DNA of 33,108 nt from Dehalococcoidia bacterium (GTDB taxonomy: Bacteria; Chloroflexota; Dehalococcoidia; E44-bin15), in NCBI GenBank assembly GCA_004376075.1, contig SOJQ01000016.1, positions 1 to 33,108 of the forward strand, given 5' to 3'. Every line of letters begins with the position of its first letter. Position 1 is the stretch's first letter. The position numbers and the translations under genes were made by a program. A model generated the notes under the pieces. The model saw nothing but the letters and a program-made list of their open reading frames with translations, did no database searches and was not told where the DNA came from. Shown one piece after another: positions 25,912 through 33,108 of this stretch.

Positions 25912-27002
25912 CCCTCAAGGTCGACGAATCTCCTCTCCAGCTTTCTCATCACCGCGGGCATGGTGGTATATTCCATCTGCTCCAGGGGGAGCCTGTGGGG
26001 CTCGAAGGGCCCATGGCGACGCATGTAGTCGGCAACCTCACTGGCGATCCTCCTCGCCTCATTGAAGCTGAGGTCATCGAACATGTCCCGAGGCCCGATA
26101 AGCTTGCCGCCGGAGAGCTGGAAGCCGGCGGCGACCACCCGTGGCGGACCATCGAATCGGGTGGGGTTGGAGTCTTCTACTGCCACTGGCATCAGGGGGC
26201 CGTGATGGGAGCCTCTCATCCATCCCTCCACAAGCAGGGGGTGGGTGAAGGGCTCCAGCACCTCTCCCACCGCGGGGAACTCCCCCTGGGAGCGAACGAT
26301 GCACACCGGGTCATCCTTGCCCACATATCTTCCTGCGATCAGCGCCAGGCGCTGTGTGGAGGAGACGGCGGCGATCTCGTTAGAGCCCCTGTGATAGACC
26401 GCCTTCACCGCATAGCGAGATGGTGCCCCCATGAAGAGGAGCATATCGTAGATCTCCTCGGGGGCGTCGAGGGTTATCTTCTTATGCTCCTTGACATCGT
26501 GGATCTCAAAGCGAAAGCCACCATGCATGTTCTCGGCGATGACCAGCCCGATGGTATTGAAGGGGTCGGCGAAGATCTTATAAAGGGGGAGATTCCATGC
26601 CCCCGCCGATGTCTTATCGGCCATAAAAACGATTATCGTCTCCGCCCCTCGCTCCTCGATCTCCATCTCCGCCACGCCGGGCCCCATTCCCTTGACGTTG
26701 CCTGAGAAGGCCTCGGCGAGAAGGTCCTGTCCTGCCCCGTGAAGCTTTAGCTCCCTGGCCACCTTGGTGCACTCCAGGAAGGTATCCCAGGCCAGCTTGT
26801 GGATCGCCTCGTTATCCTCCCCTCGCTGGTGGGTCATGATCAATTCCAGATCGTCCCCGCACCTGGTGACGTGGAAATCGACCAGGAGCTTATCCCGCTC
26901 TCGCTCCAGGCATTCCTTGGCCCTTTCCAGCACCTTGGGATGGGAGCTGGAATGCCCTACATAGCCCCCAATGTCGGCCTTAATAACGCTTAATGTAATC
27001 AT
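25908..27002 (-). CDS. fbp: Bifunctional fructose-1,6-bisphosphate aldolase/phosphatase (class V FBPase)
   Basis: SVIKADIGG, GDDLELIMTH, GAGQDLL, GNVKGMGPG, YVGKDDP (Schiff-base Lys), GWMRGSH, FDGPPR, MEYTT. Confidence 0.95.
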   Translation of the reverse strand: MITLSVIKADIGGYVGHSSSHPKVLERAKECLERERDKLLVDFHVTRCGDDLELIMTHQRGEDNEAIHKLAWDTFLECTKVARELKLHGAGQDLLAEAFSGNVKGMGPGVAEMEIEERGAETIIVFMADKTSAGAWNLPLYKIFADPFNTIGLVIAENMHGGFRFEIHDVKEHKKITLDAPEEIYDMLLFMGAPSRYAVKAVYHRGSNEIAAVSSTQRLALIAGRYVGKDDPVCIVRSQGEFPAVGEVLEPFTHPLLVEGWMRGSHHGPLMPVAVEDSNPTRFDGPPRVVAAGFQLSGGKLIGPRDMFDDLSFNEARRIASEVADYMRRHGPFEPHRLPLEQMEYTTMPAVMRKLERRFVDLEG

Positions 27003-27022
27003 CCTCTTCCTCCTTTCTTAAA

Positions 27023-28687
27023 TTACAAAACCTCTGCAGGTTTATATACCCCGAACACCTCACGGAAAACGTCACAGACCTCGCCCAACGTAGCATAGGA
27101 GCGCACCGCCTCCAGGATATAGGGCATTAGGTTCTCCATCCCCTGGGCGGCATGGCGCAGCTCCTTGAGCCTCTCCGCCACATCCCTGGAGCTTCGCTGG
27201 CGGCGCACCCGATTTAGCCGCTCCAGATGCCTTCTCTCGCCCTCCTCGTCCATCTCCAAGATAGGAATAGTTAAAGGTTCATCGATGATGTAATCGTTTA
27301 ACCCGACAATGATGCGCTTCCCACTTTCGATCTCCCTCTGGTATCGGTAGGCAGCCTCGGCGATCTCCCGCTGGAAGAAGCCTCTCTCGATAGCGGAGAT
27401 AACGCCACCGTAGGAATCGATCCTCTGGAAGTAGTCGTAACAAGCCTCCTCCATTTTATTGGTCAGCGCCTCCACCATAAAGCTGCCCCCAAGGGGATCG
27501 ACGCTATTTGCCACCCCGCTCTCATGGGCGATGATCTGCTGCGTTCTGAGGGCGATAAGGGCTGCCTTATCTGAGGGTGTAGCGAATGCTTCGTCCATGG
27601 AGTCGGTGTGCAGCGACTGGGTGCCCCCCAAGACGGCAGCGAGGGCTTGAAGGGCGACGCGGACGATGTTGTTCTCCGGCTGCTGTGCCGTTAGGGAACA
27701 GCCCGCGGTCTGGGTGTGGAAGCGGAGCCAAAGGGAGCGCTCATTTCGGGGGTTGAAGCGCTGCCTTATCTCCCGGGCCCAGATGCGGCGAGCGGCACGA
27801 AACTTGGCGATCTCCTCGAAGAAGTCGTTATGCACATTGAAGAAGAAGCTAAGCCTGGGGGCGAAATCATCCACCTCAAGCCCTCGTTCCACCCCTGCCT
27901 CCACATAGGTCAAGCCATCGGCGAGGGTGAACGCCAGTTCCTGAGCGGCGGTGGCCCCCGCCTCTCGAATATGATAGCCACTGATGCTGATGGTATTCCA
28001 CAGGGGGAGGTGCCTCGTCCCGAACTCAAAGGTGTCTACAATGAGGCGCATCGAAGGCTGTGGGGGGAAGAGGTACTCGTTCTGGGCGATGTATTCCTTG
28101 AGGATATCGTTCTGAATCGTCCCCCCAAGCCTCTCCATAGGTATGTCCCGCTTCTCAGCGGCGGCGATGTACATCGCCCAGATCACCGCAGCAGGGCTGT
28201 TGATGGTCATCGATGTGGTCACCTCATCCATGGGGATGCCATCGAAAAGCACCTCCATATCGGCGAGGGAGGAAATCGCCACCCCGCACCTGCCGAACTC
28301 CCCTCGCGCTTCCGTGGCATCGGTATCATAGCCCATGAGGGTGGGCATATCAAAGGCAACGCTGAGTCCCGTTTCGCCATGATTTAGAAGGTACTTAAAG
28401 CGCTCATTGGTCTCCTCTGCGGTGCCGAAGCCAGCAAACATCCTCATCGTCCAAAGTCTTCCCCTATGTCCTGTATGATGAATACCGCGGACGAAGGGAT
28501 ATTCGCCGGGAAAGCCTACATCCGTCAGATAGTCAAGCCCCGATATATCCTCCACTGAGTAGAGCCTTTCGATGGGCAGTCCCGAGGTTGTGATGAAGCG
28601 ATCCCGCCTCTCCGCAGAATTCGATGCTTTCCTCTGCCACTCCATTCCCCGCTTTCTAATGTCCTCGAGCCTCTTCTGGTCGAACAC
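27023..28687 (-). CDS. AdoCbl-dependent acyl-CoA mutase large (substrate-binding) subunit, isobutyryl-CoA mutase-type signature
   Basis: [54 protein letters not shown]. No DxHxxG B12-binding domain. Confidence 0.92.
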   Translation of the reverse strand: MFDQKRLEDIRKRGMEWQRKASNSAERRDRFITTSGLPIERLYSVEDISGLDYLTDVGFPGEYPFVRGIHHTGHRGRLWTMRMFAGFGTAEETNERFKYLLNHGETGLSVAFDMPTLMGYDTDATEARGEFGRCGVAISSLADMEVLFDGIPMDEVTTSMTINSPAAVIWAMYIAAAEKRDIPMERLGGTIQNDILKEYIAQNEYLFPPQPSMRLIVDTFEFGTRHLPLWNTISISGYHIREAGATAAQELAFTLADGLTYVEAGVERGLEVDDFAPRLSFFFNVHNDFFEEIAKFRAARRIWAREIRQRFNPRNERSLWLRFHTQTAGCSLTAQQPENNIVRVALQALAAVLGGTQSLHTDSMDEAFATPSDKAALIALRTQQIIAHESGVANSVDPLGGSFMVEALTNKMEEACYDYFQRIDSYGGVISAIERGFFQREIAEAAYRYQREIESGKRIIVGLNDYIIDEPLTIPILEMDEEGERRHLERLNRVRRQRSSRDVAERLKELRHAAQGMENLMPYILEAVRSYATLGEVCDVFREVFGVYKPAEVL

Positions 28688-28703
28688 GGCACGCCCCCCA
28701 AAT

Positions 28704-29240
28704 TCAGTAGTCGATCCCCCTCCTCGCCCTTATCCCCTTCTGAAAGGGGTGCTTAATCTCCACCATATCGGTAACAAGATCAGCCCTTTCGATAAGCCTC
28801 TCATCGGCATGGCGACCGGTGAGGATAAGCTCCACCTTTTCTGGCTTCTCCTCGATGAGCCTCAATACCTCTTCAACCCCCACCAGCTTCCAGGCAACAG
28901 CGATGTTTATTTCATCGAGCACCACGAGGTCGTAGTCGCCGCTAGCGATCGCCTTCCTAGCTGCCTCCAGAGCCTGCCTCGCCTGCTCCCTTTCGTTCTT
29001 TTTAACCCTCTTTGGGTCTACAAAGTCCCTGTGGCCAAAGCTTTCGAAGCTAACATTGGGTAGCTGGGCAAGGATCTTTCGCTCCCCATAGGGATAATCG
29101 CCCTTCATGAAGTAAACGATATGAGCACGCAGGCCCTGTCCCAGGGCACGAAGCACCACCCCTAAGGCAGCGGAGGTTTTGCCTTTGCCACCTCCGGTGA
29201 AGATCTCCACCAGCCCTTTGGTCGGCGGTTCATTGTTCAT
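28704..29240 (-). CDS. cobO: Cob(I)yrinic acid a,c-diamide adenosyltransferase (CobO/BtuR/CobA)
   Basis: [40 protein letters not shown]. Start placed at ATG 29240 because the listed upstream TTG overlaps the promoter. Confidence 0.93.
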   Translation of the reverse strand: MNNEPPTKGLVEIFTGGGKGKTSAALGVVLRALGQGLRAHIVYFMKGDYPYGERKILAQLPNVSFESFGHRDFVDPKRVKKNEREQARQALEAARKAIASGDYDLVVLDEINIAVAWKLVGVEEVLRLIEEKPEKVELILTGRHADERLIERADLVTDMVEIKHPFQKGIRARRGIDY

Positions 29241-29246
29241 CACAGC

Positions 29247-29295
29247 ATAAGAAGCCCGTCCGCCTAAACCCTTCCAAGCTTGGGTGGCGGCGGGC
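29247..29295 (-). terminator. Terminator-like hairpin in the cobO leader
   Basis: GCCCG-CCGCC-ACCC...GGGT-TTA-GGCGG-A-CGGGC followed by TTCTTAT. Confidence 0.45.
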
Positions 29296-29314
29296 ATTTG
29301 AGATTCACATTCAA

Positions 29315-29343
29315 AGTCTAACAAGAGGGCACCTCCTTGTCAA
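29315..29343 (-). promoter_or_regulatory. Sigma70-type promoter of the cobO-mutase unit
   Basis: TTGACA, 17-nt spacer, TAGACT with extended TG. Confidence 0.7.
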
Positions 29344-29361
29344 GGATGCTTCGCCTTTGTA

Positions 29362-29390
29362 TTGACAAAGGGGGATCCATGTTATATATT
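29362..29390 (+). promoter_or_regulatory. Sigma70-type promoter of the lipoprotein gene
   Basis: TTGACA, 17-nt spacer, TATATT. Confidence 0.65.
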
Positions 29391-29413
29391 GCTATTCGCT
29401 AAGGGGGTGGCAA

Positions 29414-30223
29414 ATGAAAGCCAAAACGTTGGTAGTAGTGTTACTCCTCGCTGTCTTGCTATTGTCGGGCTCTGCCTGCGACGGAGGAGAAGCCCCGACC
29501 TCGACGCCTACGCCGACCTCAGAATTGTCGGCGGAGCAGATAATGGAAGCAGTAGCGGAGGCTGAAATTGAGACCTACCGATTCGACATGTATATGAGCA
29601 TGACGATGGTGGGGGAGATGCCGGGAACGGTGACAATGGACGTGACTGGGGCCATTGATGAGCAAAACAGAGAGATGTACATGGATATGCAGCTGAGCAT
29701 GTCTATGCCCGAGCCGATGGAGACGGGCATGGAGATATACATCGTGGGTGACTGGATATATATGGGGGTGGAAATGCCCGGTGAGCCTGCGATGTGGATG
29801 AAGATGACGATGACGGAGTACATGTGGGAGGAGCTGGACATAACCAGTCAACAGCTCGATTTACTGATGGACTTCGTTGAGGTGGAGCTTCTTGGCACCG
29901 AGACGGTCGGCGGAGTCGAGTGCTATAAACTTAGAGTGACGCCAGACATGGGAAAGCTCTGGGAATGGGCTCAGATGCAGGGGGGCATGGAAGAACTGGA
30001 TCCGGCTTTGGACCTTGAAGACATAATAAGTGACTTCTCCATCACTGAATGGGTGGCGAAGGATACATATTTCACTACGAAGGCCGTTATCGATATCACG
30101 ATGACCATCGAGTCAGATACCATAGATATGACTATGACCATGTTGATGTATGGCTTCAACGAGCCGGTCAGCATCGAACTGCCGCCAGAGGCAGCGGATG
30201 CTGTGGAAGTGCCTATGCCTTAG
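29414..30223 (+). CDS. Acidic, Met-rich lipoprotein (LppX/LolA-like all-beta fold suspected)
   Basis: Signal peptide with lipobox GSAC, PT linker, alternating beta-strand pattern, C-terminal FNEPVSIELPPEA. Confidence 0.8.
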   Translation: MKAKTLVVVLLLAVLLLSGSACDGGEAPTSTPTPTSELSAEQIMEAVAEAEIETYRFDMYMSMTMVGEMPGTVTMDVTGAIDEQNREMYMDMQLSMSMPEPMETGMEIYIVGDWIYMGVEMPGEPAMWMKMTMTEYMWEELDITSQQLDLLMDFVEVELLGTETVGGVECYKLRVTPDMGKLWEWAQMQGGMEELDPALDLEDIISDFSITEWVAKDTYFTTKAVIDITMTIESDTIDMTMTMLMYGFNEPVSIELPPEAADAVEVPMP

Positions 30224-30245
30224 CACTTCTCTTGCCCAGAGTGAT

Positions 30246-30283
30246 GAAGAGCAACTGCCTGCTAAGCGGTTGCTCTTCCTTTT
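30246..30283 (+). terminator. Intrinsic terminator after the lipoprotein gene
   Basis: GAAGAGCAAC-TGC...GCG-GTTGCTCTTC followed by CTTTT. Confidence 0.8.
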
Positions 30284-30307
30284 ACGACTTTTGCCTGTAT
30301 ATCTATT

Positions 30308-30337
30308 TTGAGTGATTTGCGTCGTCCGTGATATAAT
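30308..30337 (+). promoter_or_regulatory. Sigma70-type promoter of the pduO-hisA unit
   Basis: TTGAGT, 18-nt spacer, TATAAT with extended TG. Confidence 0.6.
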
Positions 30338-30359
30338 GCCCAATAAAGGGGAAAGGAAG

Positions 30360-30881
30360 ATGAAAACCTTCAATAAGAGGGGGGACAAAGGGGAAACAAG
30401 CCTCCTCTACGGGGGGCGTGTTCCCAAGAGCGACCCTCGATGTGAAGCCTATGGCACCATCGATGAGGCCGTTTCTGCACTGGGTTTAGCACGAGCCCTG
30501 GCCAAAAAGGAGCGGGTCTCCCATATTCTGCTAACCATTCAACAGGATTTATTTGTTGTTGGGGCGGAGCTTGCCACCGCTGCCGACCAATACCACAAGC
30601 TAAAGAGCAAGCATCGGGTGGTTACCGCGGACATGGTGGATCGATTGGAGAGCCTGATCGGCGGCTTTGAGGAGGAGATGGAGATGCCTGAGGTATTCGT
30701 CATCCCCGGCGTTTCCCCGAGCTCGGCGGCCCTGGATCTGGCGCGCGCCATAATTAGAAGGGCGGAGAGAAGGGTGGTGGAGTTGAGAAATGATAGTATG
30801 GTGCAGAACGAGATGGTGCTGGAATATCTCAATAGATTAGGGGACCTGGTTTTCACCCTGGCTCGCTATGAAGAGATTTAA
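30360..30881 (+). CDS. pduO: PduO-type ATP:cob(I)alamin adenosyltransferase
   Basis: KRGDKGETSL, EAYGTIDE, FVIPG, ARAIIRRAERR, YLNRLGD..F.LAR. Start ATG 30360 downstream of the promoter. Confidence 0.92.
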   Translation: MKTFNKRGDKGETSLLYGGRVPKSDPRCEAYGTIDEAVSALGLARALAKKERVSHILLTIQQDLFVVGAELATAADQYHKLKSKHRVVTADMVDRLESLIGGFEEEMEMPEVFVIPGVSPSSAALDLARAIIRRAERRVVELRNDSMVQNEMVLEYLNRLGDLVFTLARYEEI

Positions 30882-30892
30882 AGGAGGGGCTA

Positions 30893-31612
30893 ATGGAGAT
30901 CATCCCCGCCATCGACCTCAGGCAAGGGAAATGCGTTCGCCTCTATCAGGGCGACTATAGCCAGGAGACGGTGTTCTCCGAGGACCCTATCGGCGTCGCT
31001 CGGCACTGGCAATCGCTGGGTGCAAGGAGGCTTCACATCGTTGACCTCGATGGCGCCTCTAAAGGCGAACTTTGCCACGCCTCCCTCGTCGAGGAGATGG
31101 CGCGCTCGGTCAAGATTCCCCTTCAACTCGGCGGTGGACTCAGGCGGCTGGAGGCAGTGGAGCAGGTGCTGAAGTTTGGGGTGGAGCGGGCTATCCTGGG
31201 CACGGCGGCGATAGAGGATGTTGCCTTGATTCGAGAGGCTTGCCAAAGGTTTGGCGAGGCGGTCATCGTGAGCATCGATGCCAGGGATGGCTTCGTCGCC
31301 ACCCATGGCTGGCGGGAGAGGACAACGATCACTGCTATCGAGCTGGTGGAGAGCATGGCTTCTCTTGGGGTAAAGCGCTTCATCTATACTGACATTGCCC
31401 GCGATGGCACCCTCACCGAGCCCAATTTCGGTGCCATTGCCGATTTGCTAGGCAAGACCAGTTTGCCTATCATCGCCTCTGGGGGCATCTCATCGCTGAA
31501 GCATCTCAAAAGGCTGGCCCAGCTTGGCGTGGAGGGGGCGATTGTGGGCCGGGCGCTCTACACGGGGGACATAGATTTGAAAGAGGCGCTGGAGGCTTTA
31601 GGGGAGTGTTAG
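30893..31612 (+). CDS. hisA: ProFAR isomerase
   Basis: IIPAIDLRQGKCVRL.QG, HIVDLDGA, GGGLR, YTDIARDG, IASGG, GAIVGRALY. Confidence 0.96.
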   Translation: MEIIPAIDLRQGKCVRLYQGDYSQETVFSEDPIGVARHWQSLGARRLHIVDLDGASKGELCHASLVEEMARSVKIPLQLGGGLRRLEAVEQVLKFGVERAILGTAAIEDVALIREACQRFGEAVIVSIDARDGFVATHGWRERTTITAIELVESMASLGVKRFIYTDIARDGTLTEPNFGAIADLLGKTSLPIIASGGISSLKHLKRLAQLGVEGAIVGRALYTGDIDLKEALEALGEC

Positions 31613-32242
31613 ATGCATCCCGCCGCGCTAGCTATCCTTAGTCTAATCGGCGCCTTCATCGTCTTCCAGATATTGATTCGGATAGTACGAAAAATCCACC
31701 CCATTCCCATTCCGTGGCAGGCAGCTTTACTTTTAGACCACCCCCTACGGAGGCGCTTTCAGAGCCCATCAAAAACTGTGGAGCGGATAGGAGTCGAGGA
31801 GGGAATGAGGGTGTTGGAATTGGGACCAGGCCCCGGATTTTTCACCGCGGAGGTATCCAGGCGAGTGGGCTGGGGAAGGTTATACTGCCTGGATATCCAG
31901 CCAGAGCTGATAGCGAGAGTTAAAGAAAAGGTGTTGAAAGAGGGGCTCGAAAACGTGTCTCTAATGGTGGGAGATGGCACAGCTCTTCCTTTTGCCGAGA
32001 ATAGCCTTGATCTTGCCTTCCTAGTTACTGTTCTGGGCGAGATACCGGACAAGGATGGCGCTTTACGGGAGCTGCACCGCGTGCTTCGCCGCGGTGGGGT
32101 GCTTTCGATTTCAGAGATGCTTCCCGACCCCGATTACTCCCTGAAGAGAACCACCATTGCTCGGGCTGGCAAAGCAGGATTTGAACCTTTTCAGGAATTT
32201 GGTAATTTCTTTATATATGTTGTAAACTTTCTAAAGAGGTGA
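31613..32242 (+). CDS. Class I SAM-dependent methyltransferase with N-terminal membrane anchor
   Basis: Hydrophobic N-terminus, VLELGPGPG, CLDIQ, LPF...SLD, VLRRGG. Confidence 0.88.
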   Translation: MHPAALAILSLIGAFIVFQILIRIVRKIHPIPIPWQAALLLDHPLRRRFQSPSKTVERIGVEEGMRVLELGPGPGFFTAEVSRRVGWGRLYCLDIQPELIARVKEKVLKEGLENVSLMVGDGTALPFAENSLDLAFLVTVLGEIPDKDGALRELHRVLRRGGVLSISEMLPDPDYSLKRTTIARAGKAGFEPFQEFGNFFIYVVNFLKR

Positions 32243-32306
32243 ACCAGTGGTGCAAAGGAATATGTTGCCCACAGGGGTATAGCGGTAAGGCTTTAGGAGG
32301 TTTAGG

Positions 32307-32624
32307 ATGCTCAAGTTTGATGAAAAGGGGCTGATCCCAGCCATTGCCCAGGACGCCAATAGCGGCGAGGTGCTCATGCTGGGATACATGAATGAGGAGT
32401 CGCTGAAGAGGACGCTTGCCAGCGGTCAGGTCTGGTTCTATAGCCGAAGTCGGCAGGAGCTTTGGTATAAAGGGGAGACCTCGGGAAGCTATTTAAATGT
32501 GCGCTCCATCCTTAAGGACTGCGATGAGGATGCCCTTCTGCTTCAGGTGGAGGCAACTGGCCCCGTATGCCACACGGGAAACAGGACCTGCTTCTTTCAG
32601 GAGCTGGAGCAAATAGAAAAATAA
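32307..32624 (+). CDS. hisI: Phosphoribosyl-AMP cyclohydrolase (monofunctional)
   Basis: [44 protein letters not shown]. Confidence 0.96.
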   Translation: MLKFDEKGLIPAIAQDANSGEVLMLGYMNEESLKRTLASGQVWFYSRSRQELWYKGETSGSYLNVRSILKDCDEDALLLQVEATGPVCHTGNRTCFFQELEQIEK

Positions 32625-32656
32625 AAAGGGGGCCGACTTACCCCTTGACCCCCTTT
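32617..32656 (-). terminator. Intrinsic, probably bidirectional, terminator between hisI and rpmE
   Basis: Minus strand AAAGGGGGTC...GGCCCCCTTT followed by TTATTTT. Confidence 0.65.
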
Positions 32657-32670
32657 GCTAAAAAGCCCCT

Positions 32671-32871
32671 CTATTCTATCGTGTATCGCCTCTTAAAGCG
32701 CTCCCCCCTCCCCGCGGTGTCCACCATGCGACGCTCCGCGGGGAGAGAGGGATGACACTTGCTGCAAAGCTCCACCTTGAGAATCGGCTTTGTGGAGCCG
32801 GTGGTAAAGGTATTGCCACAGGAGCAGATAACCTTCGCTTCCATATACGGGGGGTGGATGTCCTTTTTCAT
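32671..32871 (-). CDS. rpmE: 50S ribosomal protein L31 (Zn-binding type)
   Basis: MKKDIHP, CSCG, CSKCHP, VDTAGR..RF. Confidence 0.93.
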   Translation of the reverse strand: MKKDIHPPYMEAKVICSCGNTFTTGSTKPILKVELCSKCHPSLPAERRMVDTAGRGERFKRRYTIE

Positions 32872-33107
32872 GGGCTATAGACGCTTACCTTTTTTCTATC
32901 CTTGGTTGCCGGCTCAAACTTGACCTTGCCATCGGCGAGGGCGAAGAGGGTGTGATCACGCCCCAAACCTACATTATTCCCAGGGCGAATTCTGGTGCCC
33001 CGCTGGCGAACGATGATCGTCCCCGCCCTGACCAGTTGACCATCATATCGCTTCACCCCTAGCCGCTTCGCCTGGCTATCTCGCCCTAACCTTGTGCTGC
33101 CGCCACC
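32868..33107 (-). CDS. rpmA: 50S ribosomal protein L27 (5' end outside the window)
   Basis: Frame is open to the window edge: [19 protein letters not shown]...IIVRQRGT...[13 protein letters not shown]. Confidence 0.95.
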   Translation of the reverse strand, partial: GGGSTRLGRDSQAKRLGVKRYDGQLVRAGTIIVRQRGTRIRPGNNVGLGRDHTLFALADGKVKFEPATKDRKKVSVYSP

Positions 33108-33108
33108 C

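Noticed and set aside
25881-26705. 274-aa plus-strand ORF
   Set aside because: Antisense shadow of the FBP aldolase/phosphatase.
27716-28387. 223-aa plus-strand ORF
   Set aside because: Antisense shadow of the mutase.
29241-29324. N-terminal extension of CobO from the TTG at 29324 (likewise PduO from 30312)
   Set aside because: These starts overlap or precede the predicted -10 boxes and the added residues look non-conserved.
29494-29520. CCGACCTC repeat in the lipoprotein gene as a DNA repeat element
   Set aside because: It simply encodes the PTSTPTPTS linker.
1-33108. CRISPR arrays, IS elements, prophage, rRNA or tRNA genes
   Set aside because: Intergenic gaps are short; no regular repeats, transposase/integrase ORFs or structural RNA signatures were seen by eye.

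Overview
Gene-dense bacterial window, probably an anaerobic Chloroflexota (Dehalococcoidia-like); this is inferred from gene content and protein style, not proven. The minus strand from 15.6 kb to the left edge carries a cobalamin-riboswitch-led cobamide uptake/remodelling operon (btuF, cbiZ, cbiB, cobD, cobT, cobS, cobU, cobQ, btuC, btuD; no cobC), then a small Cys-rich gene, hpt and ade, then an mtnA...mtnP methylthioadenosine-salvage unit. Between mtnA and mtnP sits a lower-GC, translationally coupled pair: a class I SAM methyltransferase and a fused HgcA/HgcB-like corrinoid-membrane-ferredoxin protein. This pair is the most unusual element in the window. The rest holds an acyl-CoA catabolic cluster (two crotonases, PHP, SDR, sirtuin, acyl-CoA ligase), a membrane HdrD/FadF-like oxidoreductase, a cobO/acyl-CoA mutase (isobutyryl-CoA mutase signature)/FBP aldolase-phosphatase/rdgB/moaAC unit, a very Met-rich lipoprotein, pduO-hisA-methyltransferase-hisI, and rpmE/rpmA. 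Several sigma70-type promoters, terminators, two terminator-like leaders with a similar hairpin, a probable frameshift in cbiB and several mini-ORFs are visible. I found no tRNA, rRNA, CRISPR or transposase. All calls come from reading motifs by eye; no searches were run.
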